Source of the DNA: a virus | Lineage: Duplodnaviria > Caudoviricetes | Reading direction: 5' to 3' (one strand) | Length of the DNA stretch: 39,391 nucleotides | Virus record (IMG/VR): IMGVR_UViG_3300025839_000027 | Coordinates: 1-39,391 of that record | Shown here: in pieces, positions 1 to 8,500 of the stretch | Layout of the letters: each line of letters begins with the position of its first letter | Position numbering within the stretch: position 1 is the first letter of the stretch | Position numbers and translations under genes: made by a program | Notes under the pieces: generated by a model | The model's input: the letters and a program-made list of their open reading frames with translations, nothing else | What the model was told of the DNA's origin: nothing | Databases searched by the model: none

Positions 1-42
1 AGTCCTTTAACTATTAAATTGCGCGCCTTCAGCAAATGCATT

Positions 43-127
43 GCCCAGATGGCGGAATTGGTAGACGCGCACGGTTCAGGTCCGTGTGCCGCAAGGTGTG
101 GAGGTTCGAGTCCTCTTCTGGGCACCA
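43..127 (+). tRNA. tRNA-Leu(CAG), 85 nt, long variable arm, encoded CCA
   Basis: Acceptor stem GCCCAGA/TCTGGGC plus ACCA; anticodon arm CACGG-TTCAGGT-CCGTG with CAG at 77-79; GGTTCGAGTCC T-arm. Confidence 0.97.
108..127 (+). repeat. attL core GAGTCCTCTTCTGGGCACCA
   Basis: Identical to 39266..39285; forms the 3' end of the tRNA. Confidence 0.96.
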
Positions 128-151
128 GTATTTAGTATAAAACGCTTTACG

Positions 152-164
152 AATCAGCCACTTA
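152..164 (+). promoter_or_regulatory. Putative IHF site in attL arm
   Basis: AATCAGCCACTTA matches WATCARNNNNTTR. Confidence 0.6.
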
Positions 165-185
165 ATGCCCTTAAGTGGCTTTTTT
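156..185 (+). terminator. Phage-supplied rho-independent terminator downstream of the tRNA
   Basis: AGCCACTTAA-TGCCC-TTAAGTGGCT perfect 10-bp stem followed by a T-run. Confidence 0.85.
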
Positions 186-241
186 GTCGTACGCAAACAC
201 CCGCCTAATCCCTGCATCCCCCGCAAAAATACACTATTATG

Positions 242-273
242 TGCGACAGATTTACGACAGGAGTGCGACAAAA
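242..273 (+). promoter_or_regulatory. Putative integrase arm-type sites (3 copies, 11-bp period)
   Basis: TGCGACAGAT, TACGACAGGA, TGCGACAAAA; related pair at 39214..39234. Confidence 0.7.
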
Positions 274-1235
274 TGGCGACGATCCGCAAGCGAGGGAGTA
301 CATACACAGCAGAGGTGAGGCGTAAGGGCATATCGAAGTCGGCGACGTTCACGACAAAAGCCGCAGCCACCACATGGGCGCTACAGGTCGAGAGCGATAT
401 TGTAGCAGGAAAGAACGGATCAACCCCCGACAAAACCTTCAGTGACCTGCTTACTCACTATAGGAAGACGGTAACGCCGACTAAATCCGGCGCTCGAGAG
501 GAGACGCTGCGCATCAATCGGTTTCTCGCTGACCCTATCGCTGCCGTGCATCTGCGCGACCTGAACGCCACGCACTTTGCGGCGTGGCGCGATCGCAGAT
601 TAATCTCGGTATCCGCTGGTTCAGTGCTGCGCGAACGCAACACGATGTCGAACGCCTGCAAGCGGGCGGTCGAGGAGTGGAAATGGTTGTCGGTTCACCC
701 GATGAAGGGTGTCGTCTGGCCTGACGATCCAGACCCGCGCGACCGCACCGCGACCGATGATGAACTGGAGCGCCTCCTGTTCGTGCTGGGCGAAGGAACC
801 GATACGGTAAATGGCCGACTGGGGTACGTCGTGCAGTTCGCCCTGGAGACGGCCATGCGCGAGAGTGAGATATCAAGGCTTGAGTGGTCCGACATCGAGC
901 CGAAGTCCTGCCGGGTGCGCTTTGGTAAGACGCGGGCAGCGAAGCGTGACGTACCGCTATCGCTCACGGCTGTGCGGATAATCGAGGCGATGCCTCGCGA
1001 CGCGGACACTGTATTCAACATCAGCGCCAGCCAGATCGACGCCCAGTACCGCGCGGCGCGGGAGAAGGCTATGGTGGACGACCTCACGTTCCATGACCTG
1101 CGACACACCGCCGTCACGCGGCTCGCGAAGAAGCTGGACGTGATGGCCTTGGCTAGAATGATCGGACATACGAACCTGAAAACTTTGATGATCTATTACA
1201 ACCCGAAGGCATCTGACCTAGCTGACCTACTCTAG
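273..1235 (+). CDS. int: Tyrosine recombinase/phage integrase (Rci-like subfamily)
   Basis: Catalytic motifs TAMRESE, GKT, FHDLRH, GH..LMIYY; ATG 273 preceded by CAGGAG, so the track start at 165 is too early; adjacent to att. Confidence 0.95.
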   Translation: MATIRKRGSTYTAEVRRKGISKSATFTTKAAATTWALQVESDIVAGKNGSTPDKTFSDLLTHYRKTVTPTKSGAREETLRINRFLADPIAAVHLRDLNATHFAAWRDRRLISVSAGSVLRERNTMSNACKRAVEEWKWLSVHPMKGVVWPDDPDPRDRTATDDELERLLFVLGEGTDTVNGRLGYVVQFALETAMRESEISRLEWSDIEPKSCRVRFGKTRAAKRDVPLSLTAVRIIEAMPRDADTVFNISASQIDAQYRAAREKAMVDDLTFHDLRHTAVTRLAKKLDVMALARMIGHTNLKTLMIYYNPKASDLADLL

Positions 1236-1783
1236 CCACGGTTCACCGTCGAAATACTCGGGTCAGCCTGCATCTTGCCCCGATACCAGCTCGCGATCCC
1301 CAACACCGGCGCGATGGTCGCCATGACGGCAGCTTCAGCGGCCAGCATTGGCGGCAATTGAGCCAGCACCGCTGCGTCAACCTTGAAGAACATTACGCCC
1401 AGGTACGCTACCGCTGCCGTTCCGCCCGAGGTCAGACTCAGTACACCAAAGCAAAAACCGATGAACGGACGCCAGGAGTACGTAGGCCAGTGTTCGGTGG
1501 CAGCTTCCGCGCGCATTGTAAGATTGATCTCGCTCGCGTTCTGCACGGCCAGTTGCTGGAACGATACCTCTTGCGCAAGTACGGCCTGCCTGTACTGCAA
1601 CACCAGCGCAGGGTCAGTCTGAAGCGCTTTAATCGCATCATCGCCAGATGGTTTGCCAGTCACGGTTTGCGCAATGTCAATGGCCTTCTGCGCCACCTGT
1701 TCCGCCTTGTCGCTACCGGTTACCCACTTCGCGATCTGCGGCACGAACTGGGCAAGGGACATTGCAAGCGTAATCGGATCCAT
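1232..1783 (-). CDS. Putative holin (3TM/GTA-type)
   Basis: SWRPFIGF motif, hydrophobic C-terminal segments, directly after the endolysin. Confidence 0.7.
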   Translation of the reverse strand: MDPITLAMSLAQFVPQIAKWVTGSDKAEQVAQKAIDIAQTVTGKPSGDDAIKALQTDPALVLQYRQAVLAQEVSFQQLAVQNASEINLTMRAEAATEHWPTYSWRPFIGFCFGVLSLTSGGTAAVAYLGVMFFKVDAAVLAQLPPMLAAEAAVMATIAPVLGIASWYRGKMQADPSISTVNRG

Positions 1784-1784
1784 C

Positions 1785-2234
1785 TTAGGCCACCTTTAAA
1801 CCGGCAAACGTACCGGATGAGTTGATCGTCAAAAGCTGATTTCGCATCGTGTCTGCGATACCGATATGCACCCAGCCTCCGCCCGTTACCGAGTCGTAGT
1901 ATTCAAGGATAAGCTGGTCGTACTGAATGTGCGCTTCACGGATCGCGTGAATTACATCGAGCAGTGTCAGCCCGTGCACGTGGAAGTCGCAGGCCAGCCC
2001 TTTGGTGTGCGCGCTGGTTGGCTTACTGCCCACCATGGCGTTAAGATCAGGACAACGATAGCCAGATGAGATACTAATCGGCCGCCCTATCGCAGCCCTC
2101 ACCTCTTCCATCTTTGCCGCGAGTTTTGTTAGATTCGCCAGAATAAAAATAGTCGGAGAATTATCGATCCCGCGTCGTGCCGCTGTCTGTGACGCGGTGA
2201 ATTCTTCCACCATGAAGTGTTCGCTCAGTTTCAT
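1785..2234 (-). CDS. Endolysin, peptidase M15A family
   Basis: LSEHF..EEF, SSGYRCPDLN, SAHTKGLACD, WVHIG zinc-peptidase motifs. Confidence 0.9.
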   Translation of the reverse strand: MKLSEHFMVEEFTASQTAARRGIDNSPTIFILANLTKLAAKMEEVRAAIGRPISISSGYRCPDLNAMVGSKPTSAHTKGLACDFHVHGLTLLDVIHAIREAHIQYDQLILEYYDSVTGGGWVHIGIADTMRNQLLTINSSGTFAGLKVA

Positions 2235-2464
2235 TTGTCCGCCTTTTTATCTATCCGGTCGAAAATCTTATTCAGCATTTCCTTTAGCTCATGAATGTCT
2301 TCCCGGTAATCGCCTTTCGACACGTAGTTCTTTGGCATTTCTTCACGTAGTTTCGCCAGGTCAGATTTCAATTCCTTCACTGCGACCCACATTTCACGCG
2401 CTAACCAGCCGAGGGTTAGAAAGGCGAATGAAAGGCCTAAGTTAAGTAGTGACTGCGCGTTCAT
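2231..2464 (-). CDS. Single-TM coiled-coil lysis-cassette protein (holin/antiholin-like)
   Basis: N-terminal TM segment plus coiled coil ending KKADK; ATGA overlap with the endolysin. Confidence 0.6.
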   Translation of the reverse strand: MNAQSLLNLGLSFAFLTLGWLAREMWVAVKELKSDLAKLREEMPKNYVSKGDYREDIHELKEMLNKIFDRIDKKADK

Positions 2465-2493
2465 AATTTTCCGTTTTGTCTAGTCGGTTTAGG

Positions 2494-2877
2494 TTAAATT
2501 TCACACATGTGCCAGTCATCACCAGCGTGAAAGCCTGACTGAATTAAAAAGTCGTAGTCGAGCAGATCGCGCGAAATGACACTGCTGCATCGGTTATCCA
2601 ATACCCAGCCGCCGACCGTGCACACCATGTGACCATTGACCGGGAAAGGCAACGACCGAACACGGACTATAACCAGGCGGTTATCTACAGCCAACCCGTC
2701 GAGTAGTTCACGGCAGCGCAACGCGAATCCGTCACAGTCATCCTTAATGACTCCGAGTTGTGCAAGCATGGCGTGATGCTCGGAAGGAACCGCCCAGTTA
2801 TCTACAGGGCCGTCTGGCGTGTGCTTGAATTCTTCCTTCACCTGGCGGAATATCTTTTCTACGCGCGGGTCTAACAA
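2494..2877 (-). CDS. Transglutaminase-like cysteine protease (BTLCP/C93, LapG-like catalytic core)
   Basis: W..P...DDCDGFAL, GHMVCTV, WVLDNR give the Cys-His-Asp triad pattern of BTLCP; TTG start with GAGGAG SD. Confidence 0.75.
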   Translation of the reverse strand: MLDPRVEKIFRQVKEEFKHTPDGPVDNWAVPSEHHAMLAQLGVIKDDCDGFALRCRELLDGLAVDNRLVIVRVRSLPFPVNGHMVCTVGGWVLDNRCSSVISRDLLDYDFLIQSGFHAGDDWHMCEI

Positions 2878-3011
2878 TTTACTTCTCCTCGTTTATGCGC
2901 TTCAATGCACTGCCACGGTGTCGGAACTTTCGCCCCGTCTTGGATAGGTTTAGCGCCACCGCAACCCGAAACAGCTAAGATTAGGCTAAGAGAAAAAATT
3001 ATCACCTTCAT
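2871..3011 (-). CDS. Unannotated 46-aa lipoprotein MKVIIFSLSLILAVSG-CGGAKPIQDGAKVPTPWQCIEAHKRGEVNC
   Basis: Hand-translated; AAGGAG SD; ATGA overlap with the tailspike stop; signal peptide with lipobox VSGC. Confidence 0.8.
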   Translation of the reverse strand: MKVIIFSLSLILAVSGCGGAKPIQDGAKVPTPWQCIEAHKRGEVNC

Positions 3012-5449
3012 AACCTACTCCTTAAATATGCGCACTCAAGGGCAAGCGCTTCTTCATAGCGAATTCCGTACCGATTACCTGGTTGAACGGACTCATGCGT
3101 GACGCCATTTTCATCCTCAAATGCCTCGGACCCATCCCATTCGTCATAACACAAGAGACCATAGGCAAAAGCATCTAACCCTTCAGCCTCGAATGCGGCT
3201 TTTACTTGTTGCGCGATTAAACCGAAATGCCACCGTGCTTTTTCCCCTTTTCCCGCCACAGCATCATTAAACTTGAATTTTCCGAAGTTAACTCTCGCCC
3301 ATGCTCTCAATTCAGGTGCAACATCTATAGACCACTGCTGTTTTACGCGCTCGTCTGAAGTATTAATCGTGCCAGTTCCAGCATAAACAGTACGCCAGCG
3401 CATTGCTGCCGTTCCAAGATCATAGGTATTATCTACAAACGGTTTTAAATATCCGTTTGTGTCAATCGTTACCCTGTATGCCCCTGCTGAACCCAAGTAA
3501 AAAGTTCCTGCGCCGCCTGCGTATGCGTAAAGACTGCCGCCAGCTGTAGCGACTGACAAGCCGTTTGTCGCACCCAGCGCAGCTATTGTTAAATTATCGC
3601 CAGACATTGCCGCAGACCCCACAACTACCCCCGCCGCATTCTGCATTTTGTAGGCTTTACCTAATCCCTGCGTTACGTTCCCCGGGAAGATTTTGTCTCC
3701 TGTTGCGTAATCCGTTGTTACAACGTCTAACGATGAGTCATGACCTTGTTTGAATTTAGACGATCCACCAGAAGAAACTTCCCGCGCGATATAGTTATTA
3801 ACATTTCCCGAATTTGTAATCGATATAACCGCAGACGTATTATTTGAAGCATCGAGCGAGCAACTAGAAGAGCCAAGTAAAAAAGCGATATTTATGTTTG
3901 AAAACATATTATTTGCAAATAGCGTATTCGACACACCAACGGACACATCACCTGTAATTCGCACCCCACGCACACGAGGGCCACCAATCCCCGCTGGATT
4001 TGTACCTGAAGCGATAGTCAGCTTCCCGATTTGACCGCCACTAATTGTTGCGACCCCAGTATCTATAAGCAGAATCCCACCAGTATGTTGTGATGAATAT
4101 GCACCTTTTACCTCATGGTATAGCGTAGCTATTCCCGATACGCCCAACTCTATGTCGTAACCAGTTGCAGTTGCGTCTGCCGTTTGATACAGTCCTGCAT
4201 GAATAATGCAATGACTGCCTATACACTTAACAGCACGACCAAACGCCCAATAGCTGTCCTTTTTTACGTGCACATTATTTGAGTTAATAACGATATTGTC
4301 ACCAGTAAATGCTGGGGTTGACGACTCACCTCTGCATACAACATCAATCTGGCAATTATCGCCTGTGATTGTAATTATAGGACCGCTCGCCCCCTTTACT
4401 AAAACTCCATCGCCATTAGCGAAAATTATTTGACCAACTGTAGACATGGTTAAGTTGTTTACTTTACATGTACCAATGACGCGCACCGCCTTACCTGTAT
4501 TAATTGCCGCCTGTACCGCCACAGTATCATCTACAATTCCGTTCCCAACCGCACCAAAATCGGTAACACTAACAGTCTCCCGATGCTTTTCCTGTGCGGT
4601 TCTGGCTATAGCACCTGTACCTGCAGGCATATAAAGCACCGAATTTGCATTCGAGACGACTCCACCTCCCGCCCCCGCAATCGCGGCTTCTACCGCAATA
4701 CGATCCGATGTGGTGATAACCGCTTCAGCCTGCGCAAGTGCCGCCGCCGCCGGTGCTGCGTTGATGTTTGCTGAATTGGCGACCGCCGCATTGATATTCG
4801 CAGCATTTCCAGCAACCGCGTTTACATTCGCGATACTTCCGGCGACTGCGTTCACGTTCCCGATATTCGCGGCAGTTGTGTTGACGCTGCCGATATTAGC
4901 CGCCGTAGTGATGATGCTCGCTACGTTACCGGCGACAGTCCCGACACTCACAATAGACGGGCCAGCCAGTGGCGCACCTGATGCGTCAAATGCCAGCACC
5001 GTGTTTGCCCTTGCCGCGGACCCGGGGAGTTGAGCGCCAACCGACGCGTCGGAAACAGGGAAGGAGAGCGTTCGGTTAAGTTTCTCGGTTACTTGCTGCA
5101 CCAGCATGACGCAACGGTCAGCCATATCGTTCAGCACAGTAGCGAAGAAGCCCCCGTTATTGGTCAGTACCATCGGCTGCGTGTTGGCGACCTGACTGGT
5201 CAAGGTAATGAGCAAACCTACCACCGGCGCTACGGTCATCGTTAGCGTACCGCCCGGATTCGCGTCCTGGTTCGCGTTTAACGCCACGGTAAACCCAGAC
5301 GTGACATTCGACTCAACGCCCGTAGTATCGGTCTGTGTGACAACCAGATCCGCTGCGGTAAATATCTTGAAGTTAAACGGAAAAGCAACGGTCACGCCGT
5401 TGCAAATATAGGGGCCTGCCTTGCGCGTTGCTGCGGACGTGATAGCCAT
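3008..5449 (-). CDS. Tail fibre/tailspike: T7 gp17-like N-terminal anchor, 10-aa repeat stalk, beta-helix, C-terminal S74 intramolecular chaperone
   Basis: NGVTVAFPFNF anchor; SVTDFGAVGNGIVDDT pectate-lyase-3-like start; NTSDERVK...RYGIRYEE chaperone. Confidence 0.9.
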   Translation of the reverse strand: MAITSAATRKAGPYICNGVTVAFPFNFKIFTAADLVVTQTDTTGVESNVTSGFTVALNANQDANPGGTLTMTVAPVVGLLITLTSQVANTQPMVLTNNGGFFATVLNDMADRCVMLVQQVTEKLNRTLSFPVSDASVGAQLPGSAARANTVLAFDASGAPLAGPSIVSVGTVAGNVASIITTAANIGSVNTTAANIGNVNAVAGSIANVNAVAGNAANINAAVANSANINAAPAAAALAQAEAVITTSDRIAVEAAIAGAGGGVVSNANSVLYMPAGTGAIARTAQEKHRETVSVTDFGAVGNGIVDDTVAVQAAINTGKAVRVIGTCKVNNLTMSTVGQIIFANGDGVLVKGASGPIITITGDNCQIDVVCRGESSTPAFTGDNIVINSNNVHVKKDSYWAFGRAVKCIGSHCIIHAGLYQTADATATGYDIELGVSGIATLYHEVKGAYSSQHTGGILLIDTGVATISGGQIGKLTIASGTNPAGIGGPRVRGVRITGDVSVGVSNTLFANNMFSNINIAFLLGSSSCSLDASNNTSAVISITNSGNVNNYIAREVSSGGSSKFKQGHDSSLDVVTTDYATGDKIFPGNVTQGLGKAYKMQNAAGVVVGSAAMSGDNLTIAALGATNGLSVATAGGSLYAYAGGAGTFYLGSAGAYRVTIDTNGYLKPFVDNTYDLGTAAMRWRTVYAGTGTINTSDERVKQQWSIDVAPELRAWARVNFGKFKFNDAVAGKGEKARWHFGLIAQQVKAAFEAEGLDAFAYGLLCYDEWDGSEAFEDENGVTHESVQPGNRYGIRYEEALALECAYLRSRL

Positions 5450-5498
5450 TTAGAACCTCTTAGGTAGTTGCGCCGAATTGTCCGTCAGCTCGGCGCAA

Positions 5499-5508
5499 GT
5501 AAGGCAAC
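5499..5508 (-). promoter_or_regulatory. Late promoter motif copy upstream of tailspike (GTTGCCTTAC-N16-GACAAT)
   Basis: Exact 10-mer shared with 20084 and 26143, same spacing to a -10-like hexamer. Confidence 0.7.
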
Positions 5509-8500
5509 CTATTTCTTTGGAGGCCCCAACACGACGGCTTGCGGCCCAGCATCTCCAGACAGCCATGCGCGCGTCCCGTCCACCGTATCGGCCACTAACT
5601 TGCCAGGCAATCCGAAGGTGTAACCCGCAGCCATGATGAGGTGCTTGGTATCCTTCTCGTCGTTCTCGCCCGTCGCAACATCCTTGAGCGACTTCACGCC
5701 CTCGACGATACCTTCACCAGCCGAGTCAATAGGGCTGATCTTCACGCCGAAGTAATGACCGTTCGGGTTCACGACCTTCGTCCATACACCTGGCACGATA
5801 TCGCGGACGAAAGGGAAGAAGCCCGCGCCGTACTTCACAAAGGCTGTGGCGTACCGCATCATCATTTGATCATCGTCTTCGCCATCGGGACCAGTGCCGT
5901 GCATCAGTAACTCGGTCAAGATGGTGGGCAGAACCACGATAGCGATAAACTTCGCGGCATAGCGTGCCGTCGCAAGTTGCGGATTCTGTTTGGCTTCCAG
6001 CTTGGCGATAACGCCGTGCTTGACCAGCAGGCCGAGCTGGCTGTTGAAATAGGAATAGAACATGGTGAAGGCTTTTTTCAGCATCCCCCAGCCACCATGA
6101 CCAGACATAACCTGTGCCAGATCCGCCTCGCGGCCACTACCCTGTGTCTGGCGGACGACATGATCCGCATAGTCAACGGCCTTGCCTGCATCGTTCTCGA
6201 AGCGCTCCATGCCCTGCTTGAATGCCGTGTTCCACACTGGCACGCTGACACCCTTATCAATAAAGCCCATCAGCGCGAGGAAGGTACTGGTGTCGGGCAT
6301 GTAGCTACCGTTCAGCGTCATGCGCCCTGATTCTTTCTGTAGGTCACGGTCGAAGCTGGTAAACCGGTTGCGCATAAACTCGGACTGATCCATGCAAAAC
6401 TGATATCGCTCCATCATCTTCGAGCCGTAAAACTTCGCCAGCTCAGAGCCGAACGTACCGCCGTTTAGTTCTGCCAGCGCGGGGGTAAGCCCTGTGAAGT
6501 TTTGCAGCGCAGTTTTCACACCGGACATCAGATTGATAACCGTGTTTTTACGTGCGATCCCAATGGCGCGTTCCACGAATCCCGAAGGGTTCATCGGTGG
6601 GGTTGCCACCTCTTCCACGCGGTTCACCAGGGCGCGGTAGCCTTCGTTACCGACCACCCGCTTAGTGGCCGCCATGATGCCCTTGTCGCGCAGCATCCGC
6701 ATCGTGTCGGCCACCGCCTCACGGTAGGCCAGATCATGCACCGACTCGTTCAACGCGCTGGCGAACACACCGAGATCAAGGCGCGGGCGCTGGGTGACAT
6801 CCTGCTTACGCTCGGTGCTAGTGCCTTGGTTCGTCTTCGCTGACTTTCCGAACGTGCCCCCAACCAGCGCCTTGATGCCATCGAGACGGTCGTGGTTGAA
6901 TGCCACCTCGTCCAGATCACCGTCGTACTTCAGGCGAGAGTAACCGCCCTGCATGGTACGACCGCTGGCCGTGGTGAACGGTACTGCCTCGACTTTCGGG
7001 GGTGACTTGCCGCGTGTGCGCTTGTTCAGGGCTTCCAGCTCAGGCCAGATCATCTCGTCCTGAATCTGCCACATCTTCGCCACCAGATCGAGGTCACGAT
7101 CTTCGAGCAAGTTGACGATGGCAAGTTGTTGCTGATCACCCCATCCGTAGTTGCGCAAGCGCTCACGCCCTTCGACGTGACCGTGCAGTAGCGCCACGCC
7201 CATCGCTTTTTCACGGGTAATGGCGAGGCCGATCTTCGCCGTGCCGATGTCCTTACGGGCGAATTCAACCTTCTCTTGCAGGTTGTACTTCGCATAATAC
7301 GGCTTCAGCTCCCGGTATAGCTCACCGAGTTTTGTCGCCTTCCAGTCTGCACGCTTCGAGATACGCCCGAATAACGACTCGTTCACCGTGGAGAACTTGC
7401 CACCACCGAGGATCGTGATAATCGTTTCAGGACTCAGGAATTCGCCAGCGAACTTATCGCCCAGCTTGCTCACCGCGTCGGCAAACTTCGGCGCGAACTT
7501 CGGCTCAATACCCAACACGTCGCCAGCCTCATCGAAGTCATCCGGCCAGTGCTTGCGAATCTCGGCCAGTACCTCGCCACGCTCGTCGGCAAAGTCCATC
7601 GCACGGATTGCAGCGTATTGCCTATGCTCACGACGGGCGAGGAATTCCAGTTGTTTGAGCGTGTCGCGCAGATCACGCACCTGACCGACGGTCAGTTCAC
7701 GGTAGTGGGTGCGGTAGGATTCGTTAGCCACCCATTCAGGTATTTCAGGCGTGACGGCAGATAGCCGGTCGGCTTCTTCCTGTACCCACTGCCCGATAGG
7801 CTTGCGATTCGCCTCGGGTTGCGTGACGCTGGTGCGTAAGTCAAAACGCCCAAGCAAGGCGTTCATCTGCGCTAGCATCTCGCCGCGCATATTCTTTTGC
7901 GCTGCGTTTGTCTCCAGTCGCTTACCGTACTCGACCAGCTTCTGCACGTCCGTCAACGCCTCATTGGTGGACTTCACCAGGGCGTTGTTCAGCACAGCGG
8001 AACGCTGGGCGCGTACCGCACCCGCTGGGTCAGTTGCCACCAGCTTAAGCGCTTCGCGGTTCGCTTTGGCCTCTGCGGCCTCGTACTGCTTCGGCTTGAG
8101 GTTGCGCACCACCTTGGCAGCTACTGCCACGTCGGCGGCTTCCTTCGCGCCTTTCTGGATCGTGCGGGCGGAGATAGGCGACCGGCTCAACATCTTCAGG
8201 CCGGTTGCCATGAACTTGGCGCGCAGCTCGTTGTGGATCGCTTCGTTCGCAGCCTGCTCAATTGCACGCGCGTCGATGAGGTCGCCGTGTTCTTCCAGCA
8301 TGCGCTGATCGGTCATAACCTCAATTACTGACTCGCGCGGCTCCATCTCCAGCAGGTCACGCACCAACGCGTCACCGGATGAGAAGCCGAACACGTCGGC
8401 TATCATGTCGGGCGACATACCGGACGGCGATACCAGGCCCTTCAGCGCGTCGAGGTTAGGTCTCGCGTTCATCGTCTCGGGGTACATCTGCGCGATGTCT

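Noticed and set aside
29-433. 134-aa minus-strand ORF
   Set aside because: Antisense shadow of the tRNA and the int start
273-1235. Shufflon or tail-fibre invertase
   Set aside because: The Rci-like protein sits beside att and no inverted tail cassettes or sfx-like repeats were found; it is best explained as the integrase
2865-2895. Programmed frameshift fusing the lipoprotein to the BTLCP
   Set aside because: No slippery heptamer is evident and the downstream ORF has its own GAGGAG SD and TTG start; separate genes are preferred, though fusion is not excluded
2465-5508. Diversity-generating retroelement as in BPP-1
   Set aside because: No reverse transcriptase motif, no Avd-like gene and no TR/VR pair differing at adenines was seen
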